DNA of 61,241 bases, filler included. It is 8 parts of 8 records of this genome, joined end to end, with 100 filler letters (N's around TTAATTAATTAA, not from the genome) between each part and the next. Parts side by side here need not be neighbours in the genome. Positions count along the whole stretch, not along the records: positions 28,070 to 37,678 come from SRR20825010_6912; positions 37,779 to 43,902 come from SRR20825010_6922; 6 more parts are not named here. One strand, given 5' to 3'. Shown piece by piece: positions 30,198 through 41,021 of this stretch. The notes below the pieces were generated by a model. That model saw only the letters and a program-made list of their open reading frames with translations, did no database searches and was not told where the DNA came from. How positions within the stretch are numbered: position 1 is the first letter of the stretch; each line of letters starts with the position of its first letter. The position numbers and the translations under genes are program-made.

Positions 30198-31832
30198 TCA
30201 TTTGCGCTGGATCAACGCCTCTTCAGAGCCACCCGGCTGATTTCCAGATTGTTTTCTCAGTCTTTGTAACGCAGCGGTCAGTACCGGATCATGGGATTTC
30301 GTAAAGTCATCAGGAGTCGCCATCACTTTGATATCCGGTTGAACGCCAACAGTCTCAAACGTTTTTTCAGCCGCGTCATATGCAATCCAGCGGGGCAGAT
30401 TGACAACGATGCCCGCTCCCGCTTCAACCTTGCGAGGATTACCGCTGGATCCTGCCGTCCGGTCTCCCATCGTTGTCACGGTGGGGCACTCCGCCAGCAT
30501 CAGTGCAAATGCTTCTGCGGAACTCATCGTTTTTTCTCCCTGAAGCACGATCACTGGTCCCCGGTAGTACCAGTCTTCACTGGGATTCACGCTCCGCTTC
30601 TGTCTGGTCCCCAGGTCACTGTGTTGAGGGCCGCTACGATATTGATGCATGGCATAGAGACGCGGTTGATCTAAAAAGTAACCTGCCATTTTCTGCCCCA
30701 GCGGTTCGGCTCCACCACCGTTCGCACGAATATCCAGAATCAGGCCGCGTGTACCCTGCATCTGTTTCAGAGCAGTTTCAAACTCATTCAGAAGAGCCTC
30801 GTTCGAGAGGCTGTCGACAGCGATATAACCAATATCGTCTTCCGTGCGCCCCCAGCGCATGCCTTTGACCTGGTTGATTTTCCCAATCAATTGCGCTGCT
30901 GCAGCGGGACTGGCATTAAATTGTCGCTTGCGGTTGAACCCTTTCACATACGTTCCATCGACCTGGACATAAACATGCAGATCTTTCAGGTGAGCGAGCA
31001 TCTCACTAAGAACGTTTGCCAGTTCACGATTGTTTTTTGCGAGGACCGCCTGGGGGCGATACTGGTCGCGCAACTTCAGCCAGTCCACCTCCGGTTTAAT
31101 GCCAAACATCGCATACTCCCGGTCAAAGGCTCCCCAGACTTTGTCGAAGATTTCAGCTCCGACACCAGTCGTAAACGGGACTGCGACAGGTAGTGTCCTC
31201 TGTCGAAACGCATCAACATACTTCACGGTCTGCTGGCTGGTATCGATTGCGTAGAACCTTCGGGAACCTTCACTGGTTTCGAGATCGAAAATGAGGGACT
31301 CCCGAAGAGGCACCATCGGCATCCCTCCCTGTTGCCAGCTTGATCTCATTTTATGTCGAGCCAGAACATCCGCCTGTTCGACCAGTTCTGAATCTCCCTG
31401 CTTGATCACAGTTTTTGCAGGAAACAGTTCTCCCACGTGTGCCGGATGAAGTCGCAACCAGATGCTGGTGACATGTTCCCCTTTGCCTGCGTCGGCTGTC
31501 ACAATTTCCCCCGGAGTTTCAGGAAAAACAGCCGCCCAGAGTACGTTTCTGCCATGCCGTCCCAAAACGACCTGGGAGGGTCCGAGTTGGACCTCGAACT
31601 TATCTGTGATTTTGAAATTGAATGAAGAAAGACTCCAGACATCTTCTTTTGTCGTCGTCGAATCGTAGCTACGAGGCTGCTTCGAATATTCCAGACTGGC
31701 AGGATAATTCTTTCCCAGATCTTCAGCAGACACCGTCACTCTCATCAGCAACAACGCCAGCAGTACAACAAAAAATGGGCGTATGCTTCCCGTCTTAAAC
31801 ATCTCACGATTATCTGCACGCACTGCCATCAC
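30198..31832 (-). CDS. S41-family peptidase (tricorn C1/CTP-like) with an uncharacterised N-terminal domain
   Basis: 'LKDLHV', 'GLILDIRANGGG', 'TMSSAEAF', 'GDRTAGSSG', 'GVQPD'. Confidence 0.88.
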   Translation of the reverse strand: MMAVRADNREMFKTGSIRPFFVVLLALLLMRVTVSAEDLGKNYPASLEYSKQPRSYDSTTTKEDVWSLSSFNFKITDKFEVQLGPSQVVLGRHGRNVLWAAVFPETPGEIVTADAGKGEHVTSIWLRLHPAHVGELFPAKTVIKQGDSELVEQADVLARHKMRSSWQQGGMPMVPLRESLIFDLETSEGSRRFYAIDTSQQTVKYVDAFRQRTLPVAVPFTTGVGAEIFDKVWGAFDREYAMFGIKPEVDWLKLRDQYRPQAVLAKNNRELANVLSEMLAHLKDLHVYVQVDGTYVKGFNRKRQFNASPAAAAQLIGKINQVKGMRWGRTEDDIGYIAVDSLSNEALLNEFETALKQMQGTRGLILDIRANGGGAEPLGQKMAGYFLDQPRLYAMHQYRSGPQHSDLGTRQKRSVNPSEDWYYRGPVIVLQGEKTMSSAEAFALMLAECPTVTTMGDRTAGSSGNPRKVEAGAGIVVNLPRWIAYDAAEKTFETVGVQPDIKVMATPDDFTKSHDPVLTAALQRLRKQSGNQPGGSEEALIQRK

Positions 31833-31912
31833 ACTCTCCTTCTACATAATAGAAAAAGAATTCGAGATAACTATTTCAGTGTGCCTGCGATTACAGTTTT
31901 TCCCATCACCCC

Positions 31913-34900
31913 TCAAGGGCCCGTCGTCGCGGATGCCACCGGCGGTTTTACCTGGGTATTACCCGCGAGGTACGCGATCAGATCCGCAAGTTGTTCTTCG
32001 CTCAGTTGATCAAGTTGACCTTCCGGCATCAGGGACAGTTTGGAAGCGGTCATATCGTCAATCTGCTGACGATCGAGTACAAGCAATTCATTCTGTGTCT
32101 GCAATGTCAACTGCTTGTCAGTCTTTCTGACAACGTTCCCGTTCAGGACGCGACCATCCGTGAGTGCGACCACCACCATTTCATAGCCTTTAGGAATCAG
32201 GGCAGAGGGGTCGACCATATTCTCCAGCAGATAATCCATGTTCGTCCGATTCGCTCCTGTCAGATCAGGGCCGATCTGGCCTCCGCTTCCAAACAGTCGA
32301 TGACATTTCGCACAGGTTTTCTCATACAGGGCACGTCCCTGAACGCGATCGGCTTTTCCCAGACGTTCTGCCGTCAGTAAGGTTTTGTAGTTCTCGATCT
32401 GTGCCCGTTTCTTTTCCGGTGTTTCCCGTGCTTGTCCCCAGACCTGATTCAGCTTTTCAACCACTTCCTTGTCGTGGAAATTACGGAGCTGACGCACATG
32501 AAATGCGGAAACATCCTCTTGGGGAACCTGTTTTTTATCAATGGCAGTCAGCAGCAGCAGAACATATTCCTTACGGCTGCAGACGGTATCGAGCAGAACC
32601 TGACGACCCTCATGTTTAATACTGCGATAACGGCCCAGCATGCGTTGGATTGTTTGTGGATCATAAAATCGTGACAGTCCTCGGAATGCTAATGGCTGTA
32701 GCTCAGTCGTATAAACCGATTTCTGGATGACAGATAACAGATCTTTGTCCTGCGAACTGTTCAATAACGTTTCTAATGCCTGATAACGGCTTTTCATGGA
32801 CTGCTCGGAATCAACGGCGATCTGCTTGAGCGCATCCATCGTCTGCCCATCACCAAATACGACAGATAATTCTGTAATCTGATCCTGCAGATCTTTGGAA
32901 TCCATCTTAGCAGTTGCCTGCTTAAATGCCTGCCAGTTTGCTGGCGCCTTTGCTTTCAAACGCCCCTGTAAAGCGGCCTGAATCCCAGCTAACAGATCCT
33001 GCTGCTTTGCTGTCTCTTTTGTATCAATCGCCTGTTGAATCAGCTGTACCACATACTCGGGATGCTGATCAATGTCTTCGGTCAGACGACGTGCCAACAA
33101 TTGGCGCACCAGTGGTCGCGTTGCCTGACTGAGAAACTTTAATGCGGATTTACTTTCCCCCATGACAGCCGGTTCAATTCCGTACCAGAGCATCAGCGTA
33201 AAATTCCGGTCTTCGGTGTCTTCGTGATTTTGATCGAGGCCAGCTGCAATTTCCCAGCAGTCCTGTGGTGCCAGCGACTGCATTGCCGCTGCCAGGTAGA
33301 GTCTTACAAGTCCGGAAGTTTCGGTGCGTGCTAACTGGGCAAACTGCTTTACCGCCTCTGCAGGAACTTTGTCGTCATCAACCAGATAGCGAATTGCCCA
33401 GATGCGAACGTGCTCACTGGGATCATTCAACTGTTCCGTCAACCACGCATTATTCACTTGATTCGTACAATATAGTGCCCACAGAGCACGCAGCCGCCGC
33501 GAAACCTCTTTGGAAGTATTATAGATCTTTAACAATTCTGCTTTAGGCTGGCTCCAGTTCTCAGCTGTTCCTGCACGTTCCGTCAGAATCCGGCGGGCAT
33601 GACGGACATACCAGTCATTGGGATGCAACTGCAGCTTCACAAGTTCACTGTCTGACAGCTGATTCAGATCCAGTTTTTCAGGTTGGGGCACATCTCCGTA
33701 CGAGATTTTGTAGATCCGGCCACTGGTACGATGCACGCCGTCATGATCATGACATTCTCCGAGATCAGCCCAGTCCGTGAGATAGACACTGCCATCGGGA
33801 CCATATTTTAATTCGGTTCCCCGAAACCAGTCTGAGCCGGTTAATAGAAAATCGGGGCGGTGTGTCCCGACATACCCTGAACCTTCTCGCTCCAGCGCAT
33901 CATTATTCACACGATGTCCGTGCGTGTTACACAGGAACAGAGAATTACGATAATTCTGAGGCCAACTGTCACCCAGGTATATCATGCCGCCACAATGACT
34001 GTGCCCGCCTCCCAGTTTTCCATGAATGCCGGAGGTGTCCCGGGAATCAGTCCATTTTCCTGATGAGCTGTCCCAGTGATCGTGGTCCGCACACTTCGTC
34101 ATCAATTCGTAGACATAAGGGTTGGGATCGCTGCCATGTCCTGACATGCGAATGTAGTGTGAACCGGGAATCATATGCCAGAGATGGCCATTCACATTAT
34201 TCGTGAAAAACATCTGGCCATACTCGTCGTAGTCAAAGCCCCAGGGATTGGTCGTACCGGAGCTTACCTCTTCAATTTTATGACTGACGGGGTGATAGCG
34301 CCAGATGCCACAATGAATCAAAGTGCGGTCTGCGGGCACTGTTTCAGGCGTACCAACGAGAGAGGAATCTGTAATTCCATGACGGCCATACAACCAGCCA
34401 TCAGGCCCCCAGGTGAGACCACTCACAATGTTGTGTCGGACGGTTTTATAATTCCAGCCTTCCAGCAGTACCTGCGGTTTGCCGTCGGGAACGTCATCGT
34501 GGTTTTTGTCTTCGAAATAACGTAATTCGCCACGGCACAATGCCCAGACACCATTTGAACCAACGGTCACACTGGTTAATGGTCCTGGACCCTGCCAGAA
34601 GATTTTCCGCTGGTCCATTTTGCCGTCACCATTGGTATCTTCCAGAATGACAATCCGATCCTCATACTGGTCATCATAGGTGCCGCGTTCATAGCTGAAG
34701 CATTCGGCAACCCAGAGACGCCCCCGATCGTCGATCTCAAATCCAATCGGTTGATGCACGTCAGGTTCGCTGGCAAACACCGTCACTTTGAACCCTTCGG
34801 GAACTGTCATGTTTTTCACAGTCTGTTCCGGCGAGGTGGCAATATCTTTGGGATCTTGTGTGTTGCGAATCGGGATCTCAGCCATAGAGAAATCACCCGG

Positions 34901-34966
34901 TAAACTCAGCATTGAGTAAGAGGCGAGGAGACAGATAAAAAACCGGAGTTGATCGTAAAAGCGCAT
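31913..34966 (-). CDS. PVC-type heme-binding CxxCH protein (propeller dehydrogenase-like + HEAT + cytochrome c)
   Basis: 'VPEGFKVTVFASEP', 'DDRGRLWVAE', 'WGPDGWLYG', 'NPWG', HEAT repeats, 'CAKCH', 'GPDLTG', 'SLMPEG'. Confidence 0.92.
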   Translation of the reverse strand: MRFYDQLRFFICLLASYSMLSLPGDFSMAEIPIRNTQDPKDIATSPEQTVKNMTVPEGFKVTVFASEPDVHQPIGFEIDDRGRLWVAECFSYERGTYDDQYEDRIVILEDTNGDGKMDQRKIFWQGPGPLTSVTVGSNGVWALCRGELRYFEDKNHDDVPDGKPQVLLEGWNYKTVRHNIVSGLTWGPDGWLYGRHGITDSSLVGTPETVPADRTLIHCGIWRYHPVSHKIEEVSSGTTNPWGFDYDEYGQMFFTNNVNGHLWHMIPGSHYIRMSGHGSDPNPYVYELMTKCADHDHWDSSSGKWTDSRDTSGIHGKLGGGHSHCGGMIYLGDSWPQNYRNSLFLCNTHGHRVNNDALEREGSGYVGTHRPDFLLTGSDWFRGTELKYGPDGSVYLTDWADLGECHDHDGVHRTSGRIYKISYGDVPQPEKLDLNQLSDSELVKLQLHPNDWYVRHARRILTERAGTAENWSQPKAELLKIYNTSKEVSRRLRALWALYCTNQVNNAWLTEQLNDPSEHVRIWAIRYLVDDDKVPAEAVKQFAQLARTETSGLVRLYLAAAMQSLAPQDCWEIAAGLDQNHEDTEDRNFTLMLWYGIEPAVMGESKSALKFLSQATRPLVRQLLARRLTEDIDQHPEYVVQLIQQAIDTKETAKQQDLLAGIQAALQGRLKAKAPANWQAFKQATAKMDSKDLQDQITELSVVFGDGQTMDALKQIAVDSEQSMKSRYQALETLLNSSQDKDLLSVIQKSVYTTELQPLAFRGLSRFYDPQTIQRMLGRYRSIKHEGRQVLLDTVCSRKEYVLLLLTAIDKKQVPQEDVSAFHVRQLRNFHDKEVVEKLNQVWGQARETPEKKRAQIENYKTLLTAERLGKADRVQGRALYEKTCAKCHRLFGSGGQIGPDLTGANRTNMDYLLENMVDPSALIPKGYEMVVVALTDGRVLNGNVVRKTDKQLTLQTQNELLVLDRQQIDDMTASKLSLMPEGQLDQLSEEQLADLIAYLAGNTQVKPPVASATTGP

Positions 34967-35101
34967 CGATTACCCTCTGAGTCTAATAAAATGGACAGCC
35001 GGATATTAATATATCACTTATGCTATAGCAGGCTTAGACCAAGAGCAATCAAATCAGGAAAATAGTTTTCACAAAACAGGACAAAGAGCAGAGGGCTGTT
35101 T

Positions 35102-36100
35102 TTACTTTTCGCTGGTGTCAAACATCTCACGGAATTTCCCGAGAACTTTTGTCACTGCCGAAGAGAGAGGGCCGTTCAACATCGCACCGGAGGCCTGTCG
35201 GTGCCCCCCCCCTCCAAATGATTCGGCAACTTTAGAAACATCCCATGCGGTGCGACTGCGAAAACTGATTTTCACCTGTCGACTGCGCTGTTCTACAGCA
35301 ATAAACGCCGCCTGGGTCCCCGCAAGTGTCAGGCAATAATTGACGAGCCCTTCCGTATCAACGGGCGTGGTGCCCGTCGCACTGAAATCTTCACAACTGA
35401 CGATCGTATACGCCAGCAGCCCATCGAAGTCTGTCTGCACCTGGCCCAGCACTCGCCCCATCAGTTTTAGCTGGGGTAAGTTGTTCTGCTCATACAGCAG
35501 CTCGTAGATCTGATGTGGTTCGGCACCTTCTTTGATCAGTTCACTGATAATCTGCATGGTATAGGCGGTGGTGGAAGGAAATCGAAACCAGCCCGTATCT
35601 GTAGCAATTGCAGCATACAGCAGCGTTGCGATTTCCGGATTCAGACTGCAGTTCAGAGCACACCCGAGGTCATACACAAGACAGCCAGTGGCAGGGGAGG
35701 TGACATCTTTGAATTCTTCGGCTCCCAGAGAATCTGAGCTGACATGGTGATCGATGATTACTTTTTTTGAATCCGTTTTTCGATAAAAATTGGCCAGTCC
35801 AGGCAGTTGGGACCAGGCGCTGGTATCGAGTACGATGTGCACTTCCGCCCATTCAAATTCTTCCGTCGAAACTCCATCACCGACGTAACGGACTTCATGT
35901 TCCTGAACCAGAAAATCCATACTTTTGGGATGAGCTGAGGGATTGATAATTCGGACTTCTTTCCCCAGTTCGCGCAGAAAACAGGCCAGCGCCAGTTCCG
36001 AACCAAGTGCATCGGCGTCCGGCCGGACATGACAGGAAAGCAGAAATTTCTGATGTGCATGAATCAACTCACAGAGGGGGGCCCAATTAATCGTACTCAT
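35102..36100 (-). CDS. nrnA: DHH/DHHA1 phosphoesterase (NrnA-like)
   Basis: 'HVRPDADALGS', 'IDHH', 'TDTG', 'SFRS', 'GGGGH'. Confidence 0.88.
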   Translation of the reverse strand: MSTINWAPLCELIHAHQKFLLSCHVRPDADALGSELALACFLRELGKEVRIINPSAHPKSMDFLVQEHEVRYVGDGVSTEEFEWAEVHIVLDTSAWSQLPGLANFYRKTDSKKVIIDHHVSSDSLGAEEFKDVTSPATGCLVYDLGCALNCSLNPEIATLLYAAIATDTGWFRFPSTTAYTMQIISELIKEGAEPHQIYELLYEQNNLPQLKLMGRVLGQVQTDFDGLLAYTIVSCEDFSATGTTPVDTEGLVNYCLTLAGTQAAFIAVEQRSRQVKISFRSRTAWDVSKVAESFGGGGHRQASGAMLNGPLSSAVTKVLGKFREMFDTSEK

Positions 36101-36175
36101 TCATTTTTCCTGCTCTGTGAATTCCTGCTGCATCCAGTGACTGGTTTCACTTCGTCAACTGGCCATCTTAGCGCA

Positions 36176-37111
36176 TTATTGTAAATCTATCCATTGACTG
36201 GCCAGTTTTTTTGCTGATTCGACATCAATCTGAAGTTGTGTTTTAAGCGATTCCGCATCGGCAAATGTTTGAGTTCCCCGCAATGGATCCAGAAACTGGA
36301 CCTGCAGCTTCTGTCCATAAATATCACCAGAGAATCCAATCAAATGAACTTCGACCTTGGTTTCATCCTGGTGAAAGGTAGGGTTTCCCCCAATATGAAT
36401 GGCGGCCGGGTATTGCTTGTCTGTGATCTTGCCGATCCCACAATAGACACCATCTGCGGGAATCAGCGTTTTGATATCGGTGAGATTTGCAGTCGGAAAA
36501 CCCAGCATACGTCCCCGTTCGGCACCATGGCCGACTGTTCCTTCAATCTGATAGAGACGTCCCAGCATACTGGTGGCCTCACTGACGTCTCCCTCCTGAA
36601 TGGCTTTGCGAACTTCAGAAGAGGAGATCATTCGCGATCCGCAAACGGTTGGCTCGACAACTTTGAAAAACATCCCCGCCTGATCACACAGTTGACCTAA
36701 TAAAGTAACGTCGCCTGCACGATTCTTACCAAAATAAAAATTGGGACCTTCCACCATGCCTTTGGCCTGCAGTTGATCACACAAGACCTGCTGAAAGAAC
36801 TCTTCCGCGGTCAGATTCAGTAACGCCCGATCGGTGGGGTAAGCAATCACACAATCCACGCCCAGGCTGTCCAAAACCTCCGCGCGCTGCTCAATTGTCA
36901 TCAACTCAGGAGGGGCATGCTCGGGCCGCAGCAAGTGAATCGGATGCGGATCAAAGGTAAATACGATTGCGGGTACTTTGTGATTTCGTGCATGCTGAAC
37001 TAATGTCCGAATCATCAACTGATGCCCTCGATGCACACCATCAAAGTTACCAATTGAGACCAAGCCCCCCTGACACCCGTCGAAACCTGCTAATCCACGT
37101 ATTAACACCAC
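36176..37111 (-). CDS. ribF: bifunctional riboflavin kinase/FAD synthetase
   Basis: 'IGNFDGVHRGH', 'TFDPHP', 'ISSS', 'GFPTAN'. Confidence 0.96.
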   Translation of the reverse strand: MVLIRGLAGFDGCQGGLVSIGNFDGVHRGHQLMIRTLVQHARNHKVPAIVFTFDPHPIHLLRPEHAPPELMTIEQRAEVLDSLGVDCVIAYPTDRALLNLTAEEFFQQVLCDQLQAKGMVEGPNFYFGKNRAGDVTLLGQLCDQAGMFFKVVEPTVCGSRMISSSEVRKAIQEGDVSEATSMLGRLYQIEGTVGHGAERGRMLGFPTANLTDIKTLIPADGVYCGIGKITDKQYPAAIHIGGNPTFHQDETKVEVHLIGFSGDIYGQKLQVQFLDPLRGTQTFADAESLKTQLQIDVESAKKLASQWIDLQ

Positions 37112-37392
37112 TTAGTCCAACAATTTATTGTCTTTATTTAGAAAAAAACTCGGCCGGCACTCAGTTCTGGCTGTATCAGTTGAATCGGCAACAATCCAGA
37201 AAATGTAGAGTGTTAAGTACCATTAGCCCCACAATATTGCTACTATTGAGCGTAGGGAAAGCAGTCTCCTTCTCCTTCCCCCCCTGAGCGCTTGAAGGTG
37301 CGCGCCTGCGAACCTGAAACGCACTTGGTATCACCGACCATTGATACCATCCAGTAACAGTCACACTTTATTATATCACTGGAGATAACGAA

Positions 37393-37678
37393 ATGGATCA
37401 AAGCCCCATCAATCGAAGAGATTTCCTGAAAACCTCAGGAACTACGGCTGTCGCTGCCAGCACGATCGCCGGACTGGCTGCTGCCCCTGCATTTGGAGCC
37501 GGCAACAGTAACGAAGCAATTCGCATCGCATTTATCGGCCCTGGTGGTCGCGGATTTGGTGCCCACGTGAAAAAGCTGGTTCAGCTGAAAAAAGATGGCA
37601 TGAACATCGAACTGGTTGCCGTTGCTGATGTGTATTCAGAACATCGGGACCGCACTGCCAGTTATATCAAAAAAGAGC
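37393..37678 (+). CDS. Tat-exported Gfo/Idh/MocA oxidoreductase (3' truncated)
   Basis: 'NRRDFLK' Tat motif; 'IRIAFIGPGGRG'; 'VAVADV'. Confidence 0.85.
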
Positions 37679-37778
37679 NNNNNNNNNNNNNNNNNNNNNN
37701 NNNNNNNNNNNNNNNNNNNNNNTTAATTAATTAANNNNNNNNNNNNNNNNNNNNNNNNNNNNNNNNNNNNNNNNNNNN
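37679..37778. other. artificial contig spacer
   Basis: N44-TTAATTAATTAA-N44. Confidence 0.98.
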
Positions 37779-38453
37779 GGTGGCATGGCCGGTTGCGCCA
37801 TGATCGGCCAGTCCATGATCAATGTGAAATCGGGTGGCCGTGGCCGCCTGTCCACATTCTGCGCAGGCGTCTTCCTGCTCTTCATGATTGTGCTGCTGGG
37901 CGACATTGTCAGCGCCATTCCCATGGCCGCACTTGTGGCCATCATGATCATGGTGTCGATCGGCACGTTCAGCTGGTCATCGCTGAAAAATCTGCGTGAC
38001 CATCCACGCAGCTCCAGCATCGTCATGCTCTCCACAGTGGTTGTCGTGGTTGCCACACATAATCTTGCCATCGGTGTTCTTGTCGGCGTGTTGCTGTCGG
38101 GCATTTTCTTCACATGGAAGATTTCACAGCTTTTCCGCATCACTTCCACGCTTTCTGCAGACGGACGCGAGCGCACGTATCTTGTTGAAGGACAGGTGTT
38201 TTTTGCCTCCGTAGGCGAATTTTCTACCGGTTTTGATTTCAAGGAAGCCTTGGATAAGGTGACAATTGATGTCAGCCTTGCCCATATCTGGGACATTTCC
38301 AGCGTCGCAGCACTCGACACTGTTGTGCTCAAGTTCCGGCGCGAAGGGGCCGATGTGAATATTATCGGTCTTAACAAGGCCAGTGAAACCATCGTGGATA
38401 AGCTTGCTATTCATGATGAGCCGGGCGCGATGGAAAAACTGATGGGGCATTGA
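37779..38453 (+). CDS. SulP-family anion transporter with STAS domain (5' truncated)
   Basis: 'GGMAGCAMIGQS.INVKSGGRGRLS', 'IPMAALVA', STAS 'GQVFFAS...WDIS'. Confidence 0.92.
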   Translation, partial: GGMAGCAMIGQSMINVKSGGRGRLSTFCAGVFLLFMIVLLGDIVSAIPMAALVAIMIMVSIGTFSWSSLKNLRDHPRSSSIVMLSTVVVVVATHNLAIGVLVGVLLSGIFFTWKISQLFRITSTLSADGRERTYLVEGQVFFASVGEFSTGFDFKEALDKVTIDVSLAHIWDISSVAALDTVVLKFRREGADVNIIGLNKASETIVDKLAIHDEPGAMEKLMGH

Positions 38454-38492
38454 GTTCCGGCGACTAAACTGACGAAACAGGGGGAATTCGGA

Positions 38493-39347
38493 TTGGCCAA
38501 ACTGATCGCATTGATCGATGGATCGATTTACGGGCAAAGCGTTTGCGACCATGCAGCATGGGCCGCCATGCGCGGTCCCATGTCAGTCGAGTTGATCCAT
38601 GTTCTGGGCCGACGCGACATTGCTAGTGCACCGGTCAATCTCAGCGGATCTATTGGTTTGGGTGCGCGCACCACATTGCTCGCCGAACTTGCCGAGATGG
38701 ACGAGCAAAAAGCCAAACTCGCGCATAGGCGTGGTCGCATTATTCTCGATGACGCCGCCTCTGTCCTTGAGAAGCATGGCGTCAGCAAAATAGATGCGAA
38801 GTTGCGTAACGAAGATATTGTCGAGACGATCCAGTCTTTCGAACAGGATGCCGAACTCATAGTCATCGGCAAGCGCGGCGAGGCAGCCGATTTTGCCAAG
38901 CTGCATCTCGGTTCCAATCTGGAGCGCGTGGTGCGGGCAAGTCATCGCCCTGTGCTCGTCGCTTCGCGTGCATTCAAGCCGATCAAACGTCTGCTGGTTG
39001 CTTTTGATGGCGGGCAGAGTGCTTTGAAAGCTGTGGCTTATATCGCGGCCAGTCCCCTCTTTGTCGATGTCGAATGCCATCTTCTCAGCGCCGGAGCGGA
39101 TACGTCTGAAAGCCGCACCCGGCTTGATACCGCGCGGGTCCTTCTGGAAACAGCAGGGCGCAAGGTCAGTGCCGATATTCGTGTTGGTCATCCTGAAGAT
39201 GTTATCACCCAAGCCATTGAGGCAGACGGGATCGACCTGCTTGTCATGGGTGCCTTTGGCCACTCGCGGATTCGCAATCTCATCATCGGTTCCACCACCA
39301 CAGAGATGGTCCGATCCTGCAAGATTCCGGTTCTCCTCTTCCGTTGA
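38493..39347 (+). CDS. tandem-domain universal stress protein
   Basis: 'IDGS', 'LGSNLERVVRASHRPVLV', 'AFDG', 'MGAFGHSRIR..IIGSTT'. Confidence 0.93.
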   Translation: MAKLIALIDGSIYGQSVCDHAAWAAMRGPMSVELIHVLGRRDIASAPVNLSGSIGLGARTTLLAELAEMDEQKAKLAHRRGRIILDDAASVLEKHGVSKIDAKLRNEDIVETIQSFEQDAELIVIGKRGEAADFAKLHLGSNLERVVRASHRPVLVASRAFKPIKRLLVAFDGGQSALKAVAYIAASPLFVDVECHLLSAGADTSESRTRLDTARVLLETAGRKVSADIRVGHPEDVITQAIEADGIDLLVMGAFGHSRIRNLIIGSTTTEMVRSCKIPVLLFR

Positions 39348-39555
39348 ACGGCTCTGTATTTGCCATTGATTGTCCTGCTTTGAGACGTTTTCGATAAAAG
39401 CGCGGAACTCAGCGCTTTTTCGGGGCAATCTTCACTCTTGGTGATCTTTTCTGACATAGAGTGGTGGCAGAATTGGATGATTGACGAACCGGATTTCCGG
39501 ACGAGTGCGGCAGGAGCGGCTTTTGAACGACGAATCCCCACGTGGCGACGTGAAT

Positions 39556-41019
39556 ATGGAAACGGATACCGGATCGCGGGTACCTGCGCCGCTTCAAACT
39601 CCGATCGAAATTCCACTCTGTGTCGATCTCGACGGCACGCTGGTGTGCAGTGACACATTGATGGAAGCCTTGCTTCTGCTCATCAAGCAGCGCCCCTGGT
39701 GTCTCTTCCTTTTGCCGATCTGGTTGCTGAGTGGCAAGGCGCGTGTCAAAGCCGAGATTGCGCGGCGTGTGCGTTTCTCCGCTTCTGCCTTGCCCTACAA
39801 TGCCGGATTGCTGGATTGGTTGCGTGTCGAGCATGCGCGTGGTCGTCGTCTTGTTCTGGCATCGGGTGCCAATGCGATGATCGTCGATGCCATTGCAAAG
39901 GAACTCGGTATCTTTGCTGAAACATTTTCGAGCGATGATGCAATCAATCTCACAGGTCAGGCCAAGGCCGATGCGCTGAAAACGCGTTTCGATGCCTTTT
40001 CCTATATCGGGGATAGTTCAGTCGATCTGCCGGTTTGGCAGGCGGCACGCTCTGCTGTGTTGGTTGCCTCCTCTGCGCGGCGGGAGAAAGAACTTTCGGC
40101 CCGCATAGCATTCGATCATGTGTTCCGTTCTGCGCGCCGGTCGCGTCTGATGCTCTGGCTGCGGGCGCTGCGTGTGCATCAATGGGTCAAGAATTCGCTG
40201 ATGTTTGTGCCGATTATTCTGGCACATGACTTTATGGATGTGCCGCGCGTCAGCATTTTGCTGCTTGGCTTCATCGCCTTCAACATCACCGCATCAAGCG
40301 TCTATATCCTCAACGATCTCCTTGATCTGGCGGCAGACCGTCAGCATCCGCGCAAACGGTTTCGGCCATTTGCTGCGGGCGATCTGCCGGTGGTGCAGGG
40401 GCTCATTGCCTGGCCTTTTCTGGTGGTCGTCGGTTTTGCCCTGGCTCTCTATGCGGGGGCCGCATTCGCCTTGGTGCTGGCAGGCTATTATGCGTTGACG
40501 CTGGCCTATTCCTTTGATCTCAAGCGCCGTGCTCTGGTCGATGTCTTCACGCTCGCCACCCTCTACACTTTGCGCATTATTGCCGGTGCTGTGGCAGCCA
40601 GCGTTGTTCTCTCGCCTTGGCTTTTGGCCTTTTCGATCTTCATCTTTCTCAGCCTTGCCATTGTCAAACGCGTGGCCGAACTCGCCTCGTTGCGCGAGCG
40701 CGGCAAGACGCAGATTGCAGGGCGTGGCTATCATCATGACGATCTTTATATGCTCGAAGTGTTGGGTGTGGCTGCGGGCTATGCAAGCGTGGTCGTGCTT
40801 GCGCTTTATGTCAGTGCACCTGAGAGCCGTGCGCTTTATGTGCATCATCAATTGCTCTGGCTTTTTGCGCCGCTGGTTCTCTTCTGGATCAGCCGTGTCT
40901 GGCTCAAGACGCATCGCGGTGAGATGCATGATGATCCCATCGTTTTCGCGATGAAGGACAATCCCAGCCGGCTCGTGTTCCTGCTGTGCTTTGTGGTGCT
41001 CGCAGTGGCGGCGATCTGA
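39556..41019 (+). CDS. HAD phosphatase fused to UbiA-family polyprenyl-phosphate phosphoribosyltransferase (DPPR synthase/NoeC-like)
   Basis: HAD 'CVDLDGTL' and 'YIGDSSVD'; UbiA 'LRVHQWVKN', 'YILNDLLDLAADRQHPRKRFRP', 'KRVAEL', 'HDDP'. Confidence 0.9.
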   Translation: METDTGSRVPAPLQTPIEIPLCVDLDGTLVCSDTLMEALLLLIKQRPWCLFLLPIWLLSGKARVKAEIARRVRFSASALPYNAGLLDWLRVEHARGRRLVLASGANAMIVDAIAKELGIFAETFSSDDAINLTGQAKADALKTRFDAFSYIGDSSVDLPVWQAARSAVLVASSARREKELSARIAFDHVFRSARRSRLMLWLRALRVHQWVKNSLMFVPIILAHDFMDVPRVSILLLGFIAFNITASSVYILNDLLDLAADRQHPRKRFRPFAAGDLPVVQGLIAWPFLVVVGFALALYAGAAFALVLAGYYALTLAYSFDLKRRALVDVFTLATLYTLRIIAGAVAASVVLSPWLLAFSIFIFLSLAIVKRVAELASLRERGKTQIAGRGYHHDDLYMLEVLGVAAGYASVVVLALYVSAPESRALYVHHQLLWLFAPLVLFWISRVWLKTHRGEMHDDPIVFAMKDNPSRLVFLLCFVVLAVAAI

Positions 41020-41021
41020 CC

